Below, piece by piece: positions 53,064 through 62,737 of a stretch of DNA of 64,000 bases. The DNA lies in the NCBI GenBank assembly GCA_963726245.1, contig CAVSBT010000015.1, positions 96,001 through 160,000 on the forward strand. The letters run 5' to 3'. The notes below the pieces were generated by a model. The model saw only the letters and a list, made by a program, of their open reading frames with translations. It searched no databases and had not been told where the DNA came from. Position numbers and translations under genes: made by a program. How positions within the stretch are numbered: position 1 is the first letter of the stretch; each line of letters starts with the position of its first letter. The DNA comes from an uncultured Chloroflexia bacterium. GTDB lineage: Bacteria; Chloroflexota; Dehalococcoidia; DSTF01; JALHUB01.

Positions 53064-54527
53064 GTGCCTCGCTATATCGGACTGGTCGTCCACGGTATAG
53101 GCGAGCAGGAGTGTGGCAGCCAGCTCAAGGATGTGGGCGCGGCCCTGGCCGAGCTGATCCAGCGCAGCGGCCTGGATCCCAAGGTTAAGCTTCAAGTCGC
53201 CCCCGCGCAGGAGCCCGGCCCGGCCTGGGCGGAGATAACGCTCCATGATGGCCAGGCCATCGATGGCCAGACCATCCGGTTGGAAGAGGTGTGGTGGGCC
53301 CGCTCGTTCCAGCCTCCCTCCGTCCAGCGTGCCCTCCACTTCTGGATCTGCGCCTTTTTGCGGAATCCATTGGGACTCGTGCGCGGCACCTTCGGGCCGC
53401 TCCGGCAATCGCGGGACGTCATCTTCGTCCAGCGCCTCATCGCCGAAGTGGTGGCCTACGCGGCCCTCGTCCTCTTCCTTCCCCTGGCCGCTGTCCTCTG
53501 GTTCCTGAGCGTTAACCCGCTGCGGCGCTACCTGCCCGAATACGTCCAGACAGCCTACCAGCTTGTCGCGAACATCCTTACCCGCCAGGTGGGTGACCTT
53601 AGCGTGTACTTGGACGACCCGTGGGAAGCGGCGCGCATCCAGGAGGTGTTCGCGGACCGGCTGAAGGCGATGGCAGCGCAGAATGCGGACGTGCGCTTCG
53701 TCATCGCCCACTCGATGGGCGCCGTGGTCACGTACGAGGGCCTCCTGCGGGCGGCGTGGGACAAAACGGAACATGCCCCCGTCCGCTTCATAGCCGTGGG
53801 GGCCGCCCTCAACCGCGCGCGGCGGCTGGTTGCGCCCGAGGAGGCCTACCGCCTGGGCGGGCCGCTGCCGGGCTGGGTGAGGTTGACGTACGTCGCCGCT
53901 CGTCACGACCCCGTTACCCTGGGCGACCTGGAGCCTTCATGGGACAAGTGGGCGGTCAACCCACCTGAGTCACTGGAGGTGGTCAACCAGCAGGACATCT
54001 TCTCTGACCACACCACCTACTGGAGCAACGCAGAGGAGGTCATGGCGCCCATCCTCCAGATCATCAGCGGTGGGCGTCTCAGCATGCAGCTCCGGAAGAG
54101 CTATCGTCGACTGCGGGTGACGGTGCTCGCCGCGCTGAAGGGCGTCGCCTGGCTTCTGCCGGCCGCCGTCTTCGTCTGGATGGCCACGACGGGATGGAGC
54201 TCCGCCTTCGCAGCCTGGGCCTATGGCAAGCCGTTGCTGCAGACTCCTGTGCGCCTTGTCACGGCGGCGCCAGCCGCCGACCAGACCTCGCTTCAGCCCT
54301 GGGACCAGCCCAATGACTTCCTTGACGTCTTCGGCGGCCGCTGGACGCTGGCGCACCTGGCGCTCCCTCTTCTCGCATCGGCCTACGTGGCCATAGCCGT
54401 CGGCCTTGTCTACAACCTGCTGGTGAAGACGGCGTGGGACATCTGGGACCGGCGCACCAAGTTCAGGCCGGCCGCGCCCGGCGGCTCCACGCTGGGTGGC
54501 GACGGCGAGCCAGGGGGACAGTCTTAG
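53064..54527 (+). CDS. Membrane-associated alpha/beta-hydrolase-like protein
   Basis: VVHGIGEQ, IAHSMG nucleophile elbow, DPV and DHTTYW, plus hydrophobic segments. Confidence 0.65.
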   Translation: MPRYIGLVVHGIGEQECGSQLKDVGAALAELIQRSGLDPKVKLQVAPAQEPGPAWAEITLHDGQAIDGQTIRLEEVWWARSFQPPSVQRALHFWICAFLRNPLGLVRGTFGPLRQSRDVIFVQRLIAEVVAYAALVLFLPLAAVLWFLSVNPLRRYLPEYVQTAYQLVANILTRQVGDLSVYLDDPWEAARIQEVFADRLKAMAAQNADVRFVIAHSMGAVVTYEGLLRAAWDKTEHAPVRFIAVGAALNRARRLVAPEEAYRLGGPLPGWVRLTYVAARHDPVTLGDLEPSWDKWAVNPPESLEVVNQQDIFSDHTTYWSNAEEVMAPILQIISGGRLSMQLRKSYRRLRVTVLAALKGVAWLLPAAVFVWMATTGWSSAFAAWAYGKPLLQTPVRLVTAAPAADQTSLQPWDQPNDFLDVFGGRWTLAHLALPLLASAYVAIAVGLVYNLLVKTAWDIWDRRTKFRPAAPGGSTLGGDGEPGGQS

Positions 54528-54565
54528 CAGGCTGCCTGCTGTGGTATAATCCTGTCGGCGAGGCG

Positions 54566-54598
54566 AGCCGAAAACCCCCAAGCCGGGGGTTTTGGTTT
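54566..54598 (+). terminator. Terminator-like hairpin directly upstream of prfA
   Basis: AGCCGAAAACCCCC-AAGCC-GGGGGTTTTGGTTT. Confidence 0.5.
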
Positions 54599-54613
54599 GT
54601 ATTGATGAGTGCC

Positions 54614-55759
54614 ATGTGGGAACGACTGAACGACATCGAGCAGCGCTACGAGAGCTTGACGGCGGACATGGCCCGCCCCGAAGTGACCTTGGACTACGAA
54701 AAGCTCCAGGCACTGGCCAAGGAGCGCGCATCGATGGAGGAGATCGTCTCGCTCTACCGTCGGTACCGCGAGGCCGACCGCCTGGCGTCAGAGGCGCAGA
54801 CTCTCCTCGACGAGAGCGAGGATGCCGGCCTGACTGCGCTTGCCCGCGAGGAGCTGGAGTCGCAGAGCGGCCGCCGCGACCAGCTCGAGGACGAGCTGAG
54901 GCACGCCCTTCTGCCCAGGGACCCTCGCGACGCGAAGAACGTCATCGTCGAGGTCAGAGCGGGCACCGGAGGCGACGAGGCAGGCCTCTTCGCCGCCGAC
55001 ATCTACCGGATGTACTCGCGCTACGCCGACCGCAAGGGCTGGGCGGTGGAAGTGCTCAGCCGCCATGAGAGCGGCGTCGGCGGCTTCAAGGAGATCATCT
55101 TCGAGGTGCGCGGCAAGGGTGCCTACTCCCGCCTCAAGTACGAAAGCGGCGTCCATCGTGTCCAGCGCGTGCCGGCGACCGAGGCGCAGGGCCGCATTCA
55201 CACATCCACGGCTACCGTTGCTGTCCTGCCCGAGGCCGAGGAGGTCGAAATCGACATCCGCGAGGATGAGCTGAAGATGGACATCTTCCATTCCAGCGGA
55301 GCCGGTGGCCAGAACGTCCAGAAGGTGGCCACCGCCGTCCGCCTCACGCACCTGCCGACGGGCATGGTGGTCACCTGCCAGGATGAGCGCTCCCAGCTCA
55401 AGAACCGCGTCAGGGCGCTGGCCGTGCTCCGTGCGAGGCTTCTCGATCAGCGGCAGCGTGAGCAGATGGACGAGATCACGGAGACCCGCCGCTCTCAGGT
55501 CGGCAGCGGGGAGCGCGCCGAGAAGATCCGCACCTACAACTTTCCCCAGGACCGCGTGACCGACCACCGCATCGGGCTCACCGTCCACAACCTGCCCGCG
55601 GTGCTGGACGGCGACGGGGTGGACGAGATCATCGACGCCGTCGCCACCAGCGAGGAGGCCCGGATGCTCTCGGCGGTGGCGGCCCGCCCCTCGCTGCGCG
55701 CGGCCCGCCTGCCGGACAGGCAGGCCCGCCCGCCGGATGGGCGGGAGCAGGGCGTGTGA
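54614..55759 (+). CDS. prfA: Peptide chain release factor 1
   Basis: RAGTGGDEA, ESGVHRVQRVPAT, GGQ, CQDERSQ and IRTYNFPQ.RVTDHR. Confidence 0.96.
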   Translation: MWERLNDIEQRYESLTADMARPEVTLDYEKLQALAKERASMEEIVSLYRRYREADRLASEAQTLLDESEDAGLTALAREELESQSGRRDQLEDELRHALLPRDPRDAKNVIVEVRAGTGGDEAGLFAADIYRMYSRYADRKGWAVEVLSRHESGVGGFKEIIFEVRGKGAYSRLKYESGVHRVQRVPATEAQGRIHTSTATVAVLPEAEEVEIDIREDELKMDIFHSSGAGGQNVQKVATAVRLTHLPTGMVVTCQDERSQLKNRVRALAVLRARLLDQRQREQMDEITETRRSQVGSGERAEKIRTYNFPQDRVTDHRIGLTVHNLPAVLDGDGVDEIIDAVATSEEARMLSAVAARPSLRAARLPDRQARPPDGREQGV

Positions 55760-56603
55760 GGCTGGCCCAGGCCCTGCACGAGGCCGCGGAGGCCCTGCGG
55801 GCCGCAGGCATCGAGGACGCCCGGCTGGAGGCCGAGGTCCTCCTCCGCCACACCATTCGGCCTGGACCGCGCCCACCTCTACGCTCGCCTCCAGGAAGAG
55901 TTGGGCAGCGACATGAGAAGGCTCCTGCGTTCCCTCCTGGAACGACGCCTCGCCCACGAGCCGACGGCCTACATCGTCGGGCGGCGGGAGTTCTACGGTC
56001 TCGACTTGGAGACGACGCCGGCGGCGCTCATCCCCCGGCCCGAGACGGAGCTCCTGGTGCGGGAGGCCATCGCCCGCCGCCGCGAGCCGCTCCTGATAGT
56101 CGACGTGGGGACGGGCAACGGCGCCATCGCGGTTGCCCTGGCCGTCCACCTGCCTCAGGCGGCACTCGTGGCCATTGACCTGTCGCGGGGGGCGCTGGCC
56201 CTGGCCGTCCGCAACGCCCGGCGCCACGGCGTCGAGAGCCGAGTCTCCTTCCTCCAGGCGGATCTGCTGGCGCCCCTGGCCCAGCCGGCCGACATCATCG
56301 TCGCCAACCTGCCGTACGTGTGCACCGCCGACTGGGAGGCGCTGCCGCCCGAGATCCGGGAGCACGAGCCCCGGTGCGCCCTGGACGGCGGCCCGGACGG
56401 CCTGCGTGAGATCGGACGCGCTGCTCGAGCAGGCGCCTGCCTGTCTCCGGCCCGGCGGCGCACTCCTGATAGAGCTGGGTCCGCCTCAGGCGGCGCCCGC
56501 CCTGGAGCTGGCCCGCCGCTGCTTCCCCGGCGCCGCCGTCCGCGTTCTGCCGGACGCCGCCGGCCTGGACCGCATGCTCGCAATCGACGCGCCCTCCGCC
56601 TAG
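55756..56603 (+). CDS. prmC: Release factor glutamine methyltransferase, frameshifts near 55860 and 56415
   Basis: HEP.AYIVG.REFYG, LIPRPETE, DVGTGNG, NLPY and ALDGGPDGL; follows prfA. Confidence 0.92.
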
Positions 56604-56783
56604 ACGAGCCGAGCGCCTGCGCCGCTCGCAGGCTCCGGCCCCCAGCAATCAGTACGTCCCCTACTGCCGGATCTCGTTCGTCCTGCCGAAGATATTTGTA
56701 GCATCGGGCTGGAATCGCATTCGCGCCGCTGCTTGGCTTCCCTGGTGGCTGGCTCGAAGGCTGCTGTGGGAAAGGAGAGGACC

Positions 56784-58487
56784 ATGGCTAAGACGATGAT
56801 GAAGGGAGTCAAGTTCTGGGCGCTCCTCGCCCTTCTTGCTCTCACGATCCTGGGGACGGCCGCCTGCGGCGGCGATGGCAAGGCAGAGGGCGATGCCGTG
56901 CCCCAGGTCTACCACGTCCGTATCGCCGGCGACCCGGAGACACTTGACCCGCAGAAGGGCGGCTTCGGGACCGACATCAGCATCATGCGACAGCTCTTTC
57001 GCGGCCTCGTCTCCTTCGACGAGAACCTAAACGTGGTACCCGCCGCCGCCGAGGAGCTGCCAACCGTCGAGAACGGCGGCATTTCGAAGGACGGCCTAAC
57101 CTACACGTTCAAGCTCCGCAACGACCTGAAGTGGAGCGACGGTTCGCCGCTGACCGCCCAAGACTGGGAGTACTCCTTCAAACGCTTCTTCGACCCCAAT
57201 CTGGGCGGGAATCAGTACTACCAGAGCTTCTACTACGTCATCCAGGGCGCCCAGGAGTACCACACAGCTCTGGGCACGCCCGATGCGCCGCTTACTCCCA
57301 GCGTCAGCGAGCTGGCAAGCCTGCGCGAGGGCGTCGGCGTGGACACCGTCGACGACCACACGCTCCAGATCAAGCTCACGAACGCCAGCAACACATTCCT
57401 CTACCTGATGGCCCTCTGGCCCGCCTACCCCGTGAAGCATGAGACCGTCGACAGCTTCGGCGACGCCTGGACGGAGGCCGGCAACCTGGTCAGCGACGGT
57501 CCGTTCATGCTCACGGAGTGGGGTCACAACCAGCGGCTGGTGCTGCAACGCAACGCCAACTACTGGGGCCCTGCGCCGGACCTGGAGCGGCTGGAGATCA
57601 CGGTCATACCGGACGAGACCGCGGCCTTCCAGGCCTACCAAAACGGCGAGATCGATTTCACGGTGGCGCCACCTGCCCAGATCCAGTCTCTGAAGTCGAA
57701 CTCTGAGTTTCACACCGAGGCTCAGCTCTCGACCTTCGCCCTCCAGTTCAACGACGCCCGGAAGCCTTTCGACGACCCGACGGTGCGCAAGGCCTTCGCA
57801 CGCGCCATCGACCGCCAGTCCTACATCGACCTGGTGGGTCAGGGCCTCGGCATCCCGACCACAGGCTGGATCCCGCCCGGCATGCCCGGCTACGACGCCG
57901 AGGCCGGCCAGAGCCTCGCCTTCGACTCCAACGCGGCCCGGAACCTGCTGGCTCAGGCCGGCTACCCAGGCGGGCAGGGCCTCCCTGACATCGTGCTCAC
58001 CACAGTCAGCGAGGACATAGGCCGCCTCTCGGCGGAGTTCGTGCAGGAGCAGCTCAAGCAGAACCTGGGGGTCAACATCCAGATCGAAACGCTGGACCCG
58101 CCGTCCTACCAGACGCGCTACGGTTCAGGGGACTTCCAGTTGACCTTCGGAGGCTGGAATGCCGACTATCCACACCCCGAGAACTGGATCCGCGACCTGT
58201 TCCACACGGGGGCGTCCGGCAACATTGCCGGCTACAGCAATCCCAAGGTTGACGAGCTCATCGACCAGGCGTCGGCGGATGCGGACCCGGCGGCAGCCAT
58301 CGACCTCTACACGCAGGCGCAGCGCATCATTCTGGACGAGGACGCCGCCCTGGCGCCCATCTATCACGGCGTCAGCGTCTTCCTTGTCAAGCCCTACGTG
58401 CACGGGCTGGTCTTCACACCTACGGACGGCGAGATCGCGGGCGATGTCCTTCTGGCCTCCCCGGCGATCTCTATCGTCGCTCATTGA
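56784..58487 (+). CDS. Peptide ABC transporter substrate-binding lipoprotein
   Basis: Lipobox TAAC, PETLDP, YTFKLR..KWSDG, GPF, PFDD..VRKAF and GWNADYP. Confidence 0.92.
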   Translation: MAKTMMKGVKFWALLALLALTILGTAACGGDGKAEGDAVPQVYHVRIAGDPETLDPQKGGFGTDISIMRQLFRGLVSFDENLNVVPAAAEELPTVENGGISKDGLTYTFKLRNDLKWSDGSPLTAQDWEYSFKRFFDPNLGGNQYYQSFYYVIQGAQEYHTALGTPDAPLTPSVSELASLREGVGVDTVDDHTLQIKLTNASNTFLYLMALWPAYPVKHETVDSFGDAWTEAGNLVSDGPFMLTEWGHNQRLVLQRNANYWGPAPDLERLEITVIPDETAAFQAYQNGEIDFTVAPPAQIQSLKSNSEFHTEAQLSTFALQFNDARKPFDDPTVRKAFARAIDRQSYIDLVGQGLGIPTTGWIPPGMPGYDAEAGQSLAFDSNAARNLLAQAGYPGGQGLPDIVLTTVSEDIGRLSAEFVQEQLKQNLGVNIQIETLDPPSYQTRYGSGDFQLTFGGWNADYPHPENWIRDLFHTGASGNIAGYSNPKVDELIDQASADADPAAAIDLYTQAQRIILDEDAALAPIYHGVSVFLVKPYVHGLVFTPTDGEIAGDVLLASPAISIVAH

Positions 58488-58494
58488 TGATCGT

Positions 58495-58528
58495 GGGTGG
58501 GCCTCGGTGACACCACCGAGGCCCGCCC
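58495..58528 (+). promoter_or_regulatory. Intercistronic stem-loop after the substrate-binding protein gene
   Basis: GGGTGGGCCTCGGTG-ACAC-CACCGAGGCCCGCCC. Confidence 0.5.
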
Positions 58529-58553
58529 GCCACGACTCGTTGCGCGCGCCCCC

Positions 58554-59471
58554 ATGACCGCCTACTTCATCCGACGCCTCTTCTGGCTGGTGCCGGTCCT
58601 TCTCTTCGTGGCCGCCATCACGTTCGTGCTCATGCACAGCGTGCCGGGAGGGCCCTGGGACCGTGACAAGCCGCTGCCGCCCCAGGCCGTCGAGCAGCTC
58701 AACCGCAAGTACGGCCTCGACCAGCCGCTTTGGGAGCAGTTCGGGCACTATGTCCTGGGTCTCTTCCACGGGGACCTGGGCGTCTCCTACCGGCAGAGCG
58801 ACCGTTCGGTCGCGGAGGTGATCGGTGGTGGCATCAAGATCAGCGCCACGCTCGGTGGGCTGGCCATGCTCCTTTCGGTAGTTGTCGGCGTGCCGCTGGG
58901 CATTGTCGCCGCCCTGCGTCGCAATCGCGCGCTGGACTACGTCAGCGTTTCGCTGGCAACGCTGGGGGCAAGCGTGCCCAACTTCGTCCTGGGCATCATC
59001 CTTATCGTTATCTTCGCCTCGACGTTTCACCTGCTTCCGACGATAGGCTGGGGGTCATGGAAGCAGGCAGTCATGCCCGTCCTGGCGCTCAGCGCGCTGC
59101 CGATAGCCTTCCTGGCCCGCATCACCCGCGCCAGCACCCTGGAGGTGCTACAGCAGGACTACGTGCGCACGGCCTGGGCGAAGGGTCTGGCACCGCGGAC
59201 CGTGATCATCCGGCACGTAGCGCGCAACGCCCTCATCCCCGTGCTCACCCTGGCCGGGCCGCTGGCGGCTGCCCTCGTCACCGGCTCCTTCATTATCGAG
59301 AGCCAGTTCGCGATCCCGGGTGTCGGCCGCGCCTTCGTGACGGCCATCTTCCAGCGCGACTACGGCGTCATCATGGGTATCACCCTCTTCTACGGCCTTG
59401 TAGTGGCTATGGCGAACCTGGCCGTCGACATGGCCTACGCCGTCGCCGACCCCAGGATCCGCTACCGGTGA
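58554..59471 (+). CDS. Oligopeptide ABC permease OppB-like
   Basis: YFIRRL, PGGP, GDLGVSY, QDYVRTAWAKGL, RNALIP and DPRIR. Confidence 0.92.
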   Translation: MTAYFIRRLFWLVPVLLFVAAITFVLMHSVPGGPWDRDKPLPPQAVEQLNRKYGLDQPLWEQFGHYVLGLFHGDLGVSYRQSDRSVAEVIGGGIKISATLGGLAMLLSVVVGVPLGIVAALRRNRALDYVSVSLATLGASVPNFVLGIILIVIFASTFHLLPTIGWGSWKQAVMPVLALSALPIAFLARITRASTLEVLQQDYVRTAWAKGLAPRTVIIRHVARNALIPVLTLAGPLAAALVTGSFIIESQFAIPGVGRAFVTAIFQRDYGVIMGITLFYGLVVAMANLAVDMAYAVADPRIRYR

Positions 59472-59481
59472 GGAGGCCGTA

Positions 59482-60468
59482 GTGAGGGAAGCGAATTTGG
59501 GCCGCGTCACGCCGTTCCCCGACGTCGCTATAGAGGCGAGGTCGCGGGGGCTCTGGAGTGACGCCCTGCGCAGGCTGGCGGGGAACCGCCTGGCTATGGC
59601 CGGCGTGGTAATCGTGCTGCTCACGGCCGCAGTGGCCACCTTCGCCCCTCTCATCGAACGCTATCCGCCCAGCCAGCAGGATGCCACCGCCTCTTTCGAG
59701 GGGCCGAGCGCCCGCCACTGGCTCGGCACCGACCAGTTGGGCCGCGACCAGTACAGCCGTCTGGTCAACGGCGCCCGCGTGTCGCTGGCCGTGGGCATTC
59801 TCACCCAGATTGTGGCGGTGAGCCTGGGACTGGCGGTTGGGCTGGCCGCAGGGTTGGGCTTCCGGACCCTGGACAACCTCCTGATGCGCTTCACCGACGT
59901 CATCTACGCCTTCCCGGACCTGCTCTTCGTCATCCTGCTGGTGAGCGTCTTCCGGGAGGGCGTGGCCGGCAGCGCCACACGCACGCTGATCGTGACCTTC
60001 GTGGCTATCGGCCTGGTGAACTGGCCCGACATAGCACGTCTGGTGCGGGGCCAGATCCTCTCGCTGCGACACCAGGAGTTCGTGGGGGCCGCCGAGGCGC
60101 TGGGCGCCAGCCGCCTGCGCGTCGCTCTGGTGCACCTGCTGCCCAACACGCTGGGGCCGGTGATCGTGATGGCCAGCTTCGGGATACCGGCCGCCATCTT
60201 CGCCGAGGCCGCCCTGTCTTTCATCGGCCTCGGCCTGCCGCCGCCGACGCCCAGTTGGGGGCGTCTGGTGGCCGACGGCTACGACGCCATAGCCACCCAT
60301 CCCAACCTGGTGCTTGCGCCGGGGCTGGCCATCGCCGCCCTGATGATGGCCTTCACCTTCCTGGGCGACGGCCTGCGCGACGCGCTGGACCCCCGTCTGG
60401 CGACCCGCGAGCGTCGGGTGCGCGCGCTGCCCGTCCGGGTGCCGCGCCGATTGCGGAAAGCAGCCTAA
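59482..60468 (+). CDS. Oligopeptide ABC permease OppC-like
   Basis: HWLGTDQLGRD, EFVGAAEALGAS, HLLPN, PSWG and GDGLRDALDP. Confidence 0.92.
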   Translation: MREANLGRVTPFPDVAIEARSRGLWSDALRRLAGNRLAMAGVVIVLLTAAVATFAPLIERYPPSQQDATASFEGPSARHWLGTDQLGRDQYSRLVNGARVSLAVGILTQIVAVSLGLAVGLAAGLGFRTLDNLLMRFTDVIYAFPDLLFVILLVSVFREGVAGSATRTLIVTFVAIGLVNWPDIARLVRGQILSLRHQEFVGAAEALGASRLRVALVHLLPNTLGPVIVMASFGIPAAIFAEAALSFIGLGLPPPTPSWGRLVADGYDAIATHPNLVLAPGLAIAALMMAFTFLGDGLRDALDPRLATRERRVRALPVRVPRRLRKAA

Positions 60469-60508
60469 CAGGCTCCCGCCGGCTAACTCTCCCCCGGCGG
60501 GAGAAATG

Positions 60509-60540
60509 GAGGGCCCGGGTTTGGCGGAACCCGGGCCCTC
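60509..60540. terminator. GC-rich hairpin; probable original guaB3 or bidirectional terminator
   Basis: GAGGGCCCGGGTT-TGGCGG-AACCCGGGCCCTC, 13-bp perfect stem. Confidence 0.7.
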
Positions 60541-60561
60541 GTGTTCTGCTGACGGATGCGG

Positions 60562-60602
60562 TCAGGCGTCGTTGCGCTGGTAGACCTTGCCCTCGTCTTG
60601 AT
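60562..60602 (-). pseudogene. Displaced 3' fragment of guaB3 (att junction)
   Basis: Minus strand reads ATCAAGAC GAG GGC AAG GTC TAC CAG CGC AAC GAC GCC TGA (EGKVYQRNDA*) versus the present guaB3 end [12 protein letters not shown]. Confidence 0.7.
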
Positions 60603-60912
60603 TCGAGGGGATACAGAATTGGCATACGTGCGTTCGGCTAGCGGCCCTGACTCTCCACGAAGACTCCTTCGCAAAGCGCGCTGCCGCCTGACATCTCGTA
60701 GACCCCCGCATCACGAAGTAGACCAGTCGTTCTCTCGCGCTGGTCCGCTATGATAGCCACCTCCGAAGACACGATTGCCAATATGCGTTGCGGTCTTCGC
60801 GCGGCCCTTGGGCCGGCCTCTAACAGTGCAGGTTCTTGACCCGCTAAGAAAGGGATGGAATACTCCACGTTTAGGCGACCAATGGAGAACCAGGTCTTGA
60901 GGAGGTGCGAAA

Positions 60913-62060
60913 ATGGGCATTCGCTACTGGCCTTTCGCAGTGGAGGAGAAGCATGCGCCCCTAGATCCCAGTGAAGCTGGGGACGAGCGCAAGCGCGACT
61001 GGGTGATTCCGCTGATCATACTGCTGTCGACCGCGCTCGTCTTAGCTGTTGTGATTCTCTTGATGGTCTACCCGCCGTGGGAAAACGAGCCCCTGCCCCA
61101 GCTACAGACAAGGCTGCGGGGCATGGACGGGCCCAGCTTGGGAGTGGAGCAGCTGCGCCAGGAGATCGTCAAGCTTGAACTGGAGAATAGGACGAACGGT
61201 AGTCTCTGGGGTGCCTTCCTCTACTACGTTCCCTTTCTGAAAGCAGTTGTTGCTGGTGCAGGTGCATTTGCGGCGATTTGGAGGCAGATCGCAGAGGGAG
61301 CTAGACAACGTGATTTGGATAGGACACAGAGAGAGGCTGACGGCCAGCGTCGCTTTAACGACAAAGAACAACACGACCATCGTACAGAACCTGGGCTCAG
61401 ACAGTGCGGCGCTGCAGGCTAGCGCTGCAGTCTCTCTCGCCACCTTTATTAGAGCCACGTTACGCAGCTTTCAGTAATCAGGTGTTTCTGGTAACGTCGC
61501 TAGCTAATCTGAAGATTAGGCGTGATGAAGTTGTGAGCAGCTTTCTCGTTCATACCTTCGAACTGGCGATACGCAAGCGGCTCGCGTAGGCAGGACAGAA
61601 GGACGGCAGTCTGTTGAATATATCTAAGAACAGCGCTCAACAGGGTGGATCTCTCAGGCCTAGACCTCAGTGAGGCAGACATTGCCTATGCCAGCATGCG
61701 GAACGCGAATCTGACGAACACCAACCTAAAGACGAGTCAGTGGTATCGAGGTAAATATCTGGAGGGATCTCGCCTGTCAGGCGCGGATTTGTCAGAGGGT
61801 CGCCTGAGAAAGGCGCACTGCCGGGATGCGCAGTTCCACGAGGCAAACTTAGTCTCTGCGCGGTTAGAGGAGGCGGAACTCCAGAGGGCGCAGTTCCAGA
61901 GGGCACAACTGCAGTCCGCGCATCTGAACGGTGCCCTGCTCCCAGGCTCGAATTCGAGGATGCTAATCTGAACGATGCATACTTCAACGGTGCCGCCTTC
62001 GATGCACCGGCTCTTGCCAGCATCGCAAGAGCATTGAATTGGCGGAAGGCACACTTCTGA
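60913..62060 (+). pseudogene. Membrane-anchored pentapeptide-repeat protein with multiple frameshifts and an in-frame stop (decayed or poorly polished)
   Basis: GGAGG RBS, two N-terminal hydrophobic segments, then DLSGLDLSEADIAYASMRNANL...ADLSEGRLRKA...ANLVSARLEEAELQRAQF...ANLNDAYF across frames. Confidence 0.7.
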
Positions 62061-62737
62061 ATCCGGAGGTGAGAGTGCGGAGCTCAATAGAATCTCAGGA
62101 GTACTGCACTAGGCCGCAGAAGGAAGCGTGGGGCGCAACACTCGCGCGGAAGCAAGCGCGAACGAAGCGTTACACACGCAAGGCGAAGCGTAGCACGCGT
62201 ATCCACAAAGGTCAAAAGGATCAGTAGTAGTACTTGGCATACAAGCACTGCATGGGAATTCACAGTGGCTTTGAGCTCTGCAATTGGCGATGCGACTGGG
62301 GGATCAACAACAGGCTATGAACTCGGCTCGGACGTGAGGTGGCTTTGCGCGCAGGGCTAGGTCACATTCGGCAGGGGTGTGACATATGACTCGGTAGAAC
62401 GGACGCATTTGGGTCTTGTTGCTCGGGTCTTCATAGACACACCAGCCGGGAAAGAAACGATCTCGGGCAGCCAAGACTTCGCTGCTTTCATGTGTGAAGC
62501 TTGAGTCCATGTGCAGTGACCACTAAAGTCTGGAAATTGTTCATTGATGTCTTGAGATCATATGAAACGTTTGATTGTGCCATCTATTGCCCATTTCCCT
62601 AACAAGCGAATCTCAAGACAACTAACGCTTGCCCTTCTTGTAGTCATCCGCTTCTCGTTCAGAGAGTTGCCTCACCGAATTCCCGTCTAATGAATAGGAT
62701 GCCGCGGATATAGATAGTCAAGGCGAACGGAGAAACA

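Noticed and set aside
9532-56603. Frameshifts in oppB/C, hemW, selB, ytfJ, mutS2, selA, rph, comEC, hisS and prmC as pseudogenes or programmed frameshifting
   Set aside because: They are scattered single-base indels in otherwise intact, often essential genes with no shared slippery motif; long-read consensus error is the simplest explanation
60638-60868. 76-aa minus-strand ORF at the island's left end as excisionase/RDF
   Set aside because: No HTH or other recognisable motif and no clear RBS; cannot be supported without a search
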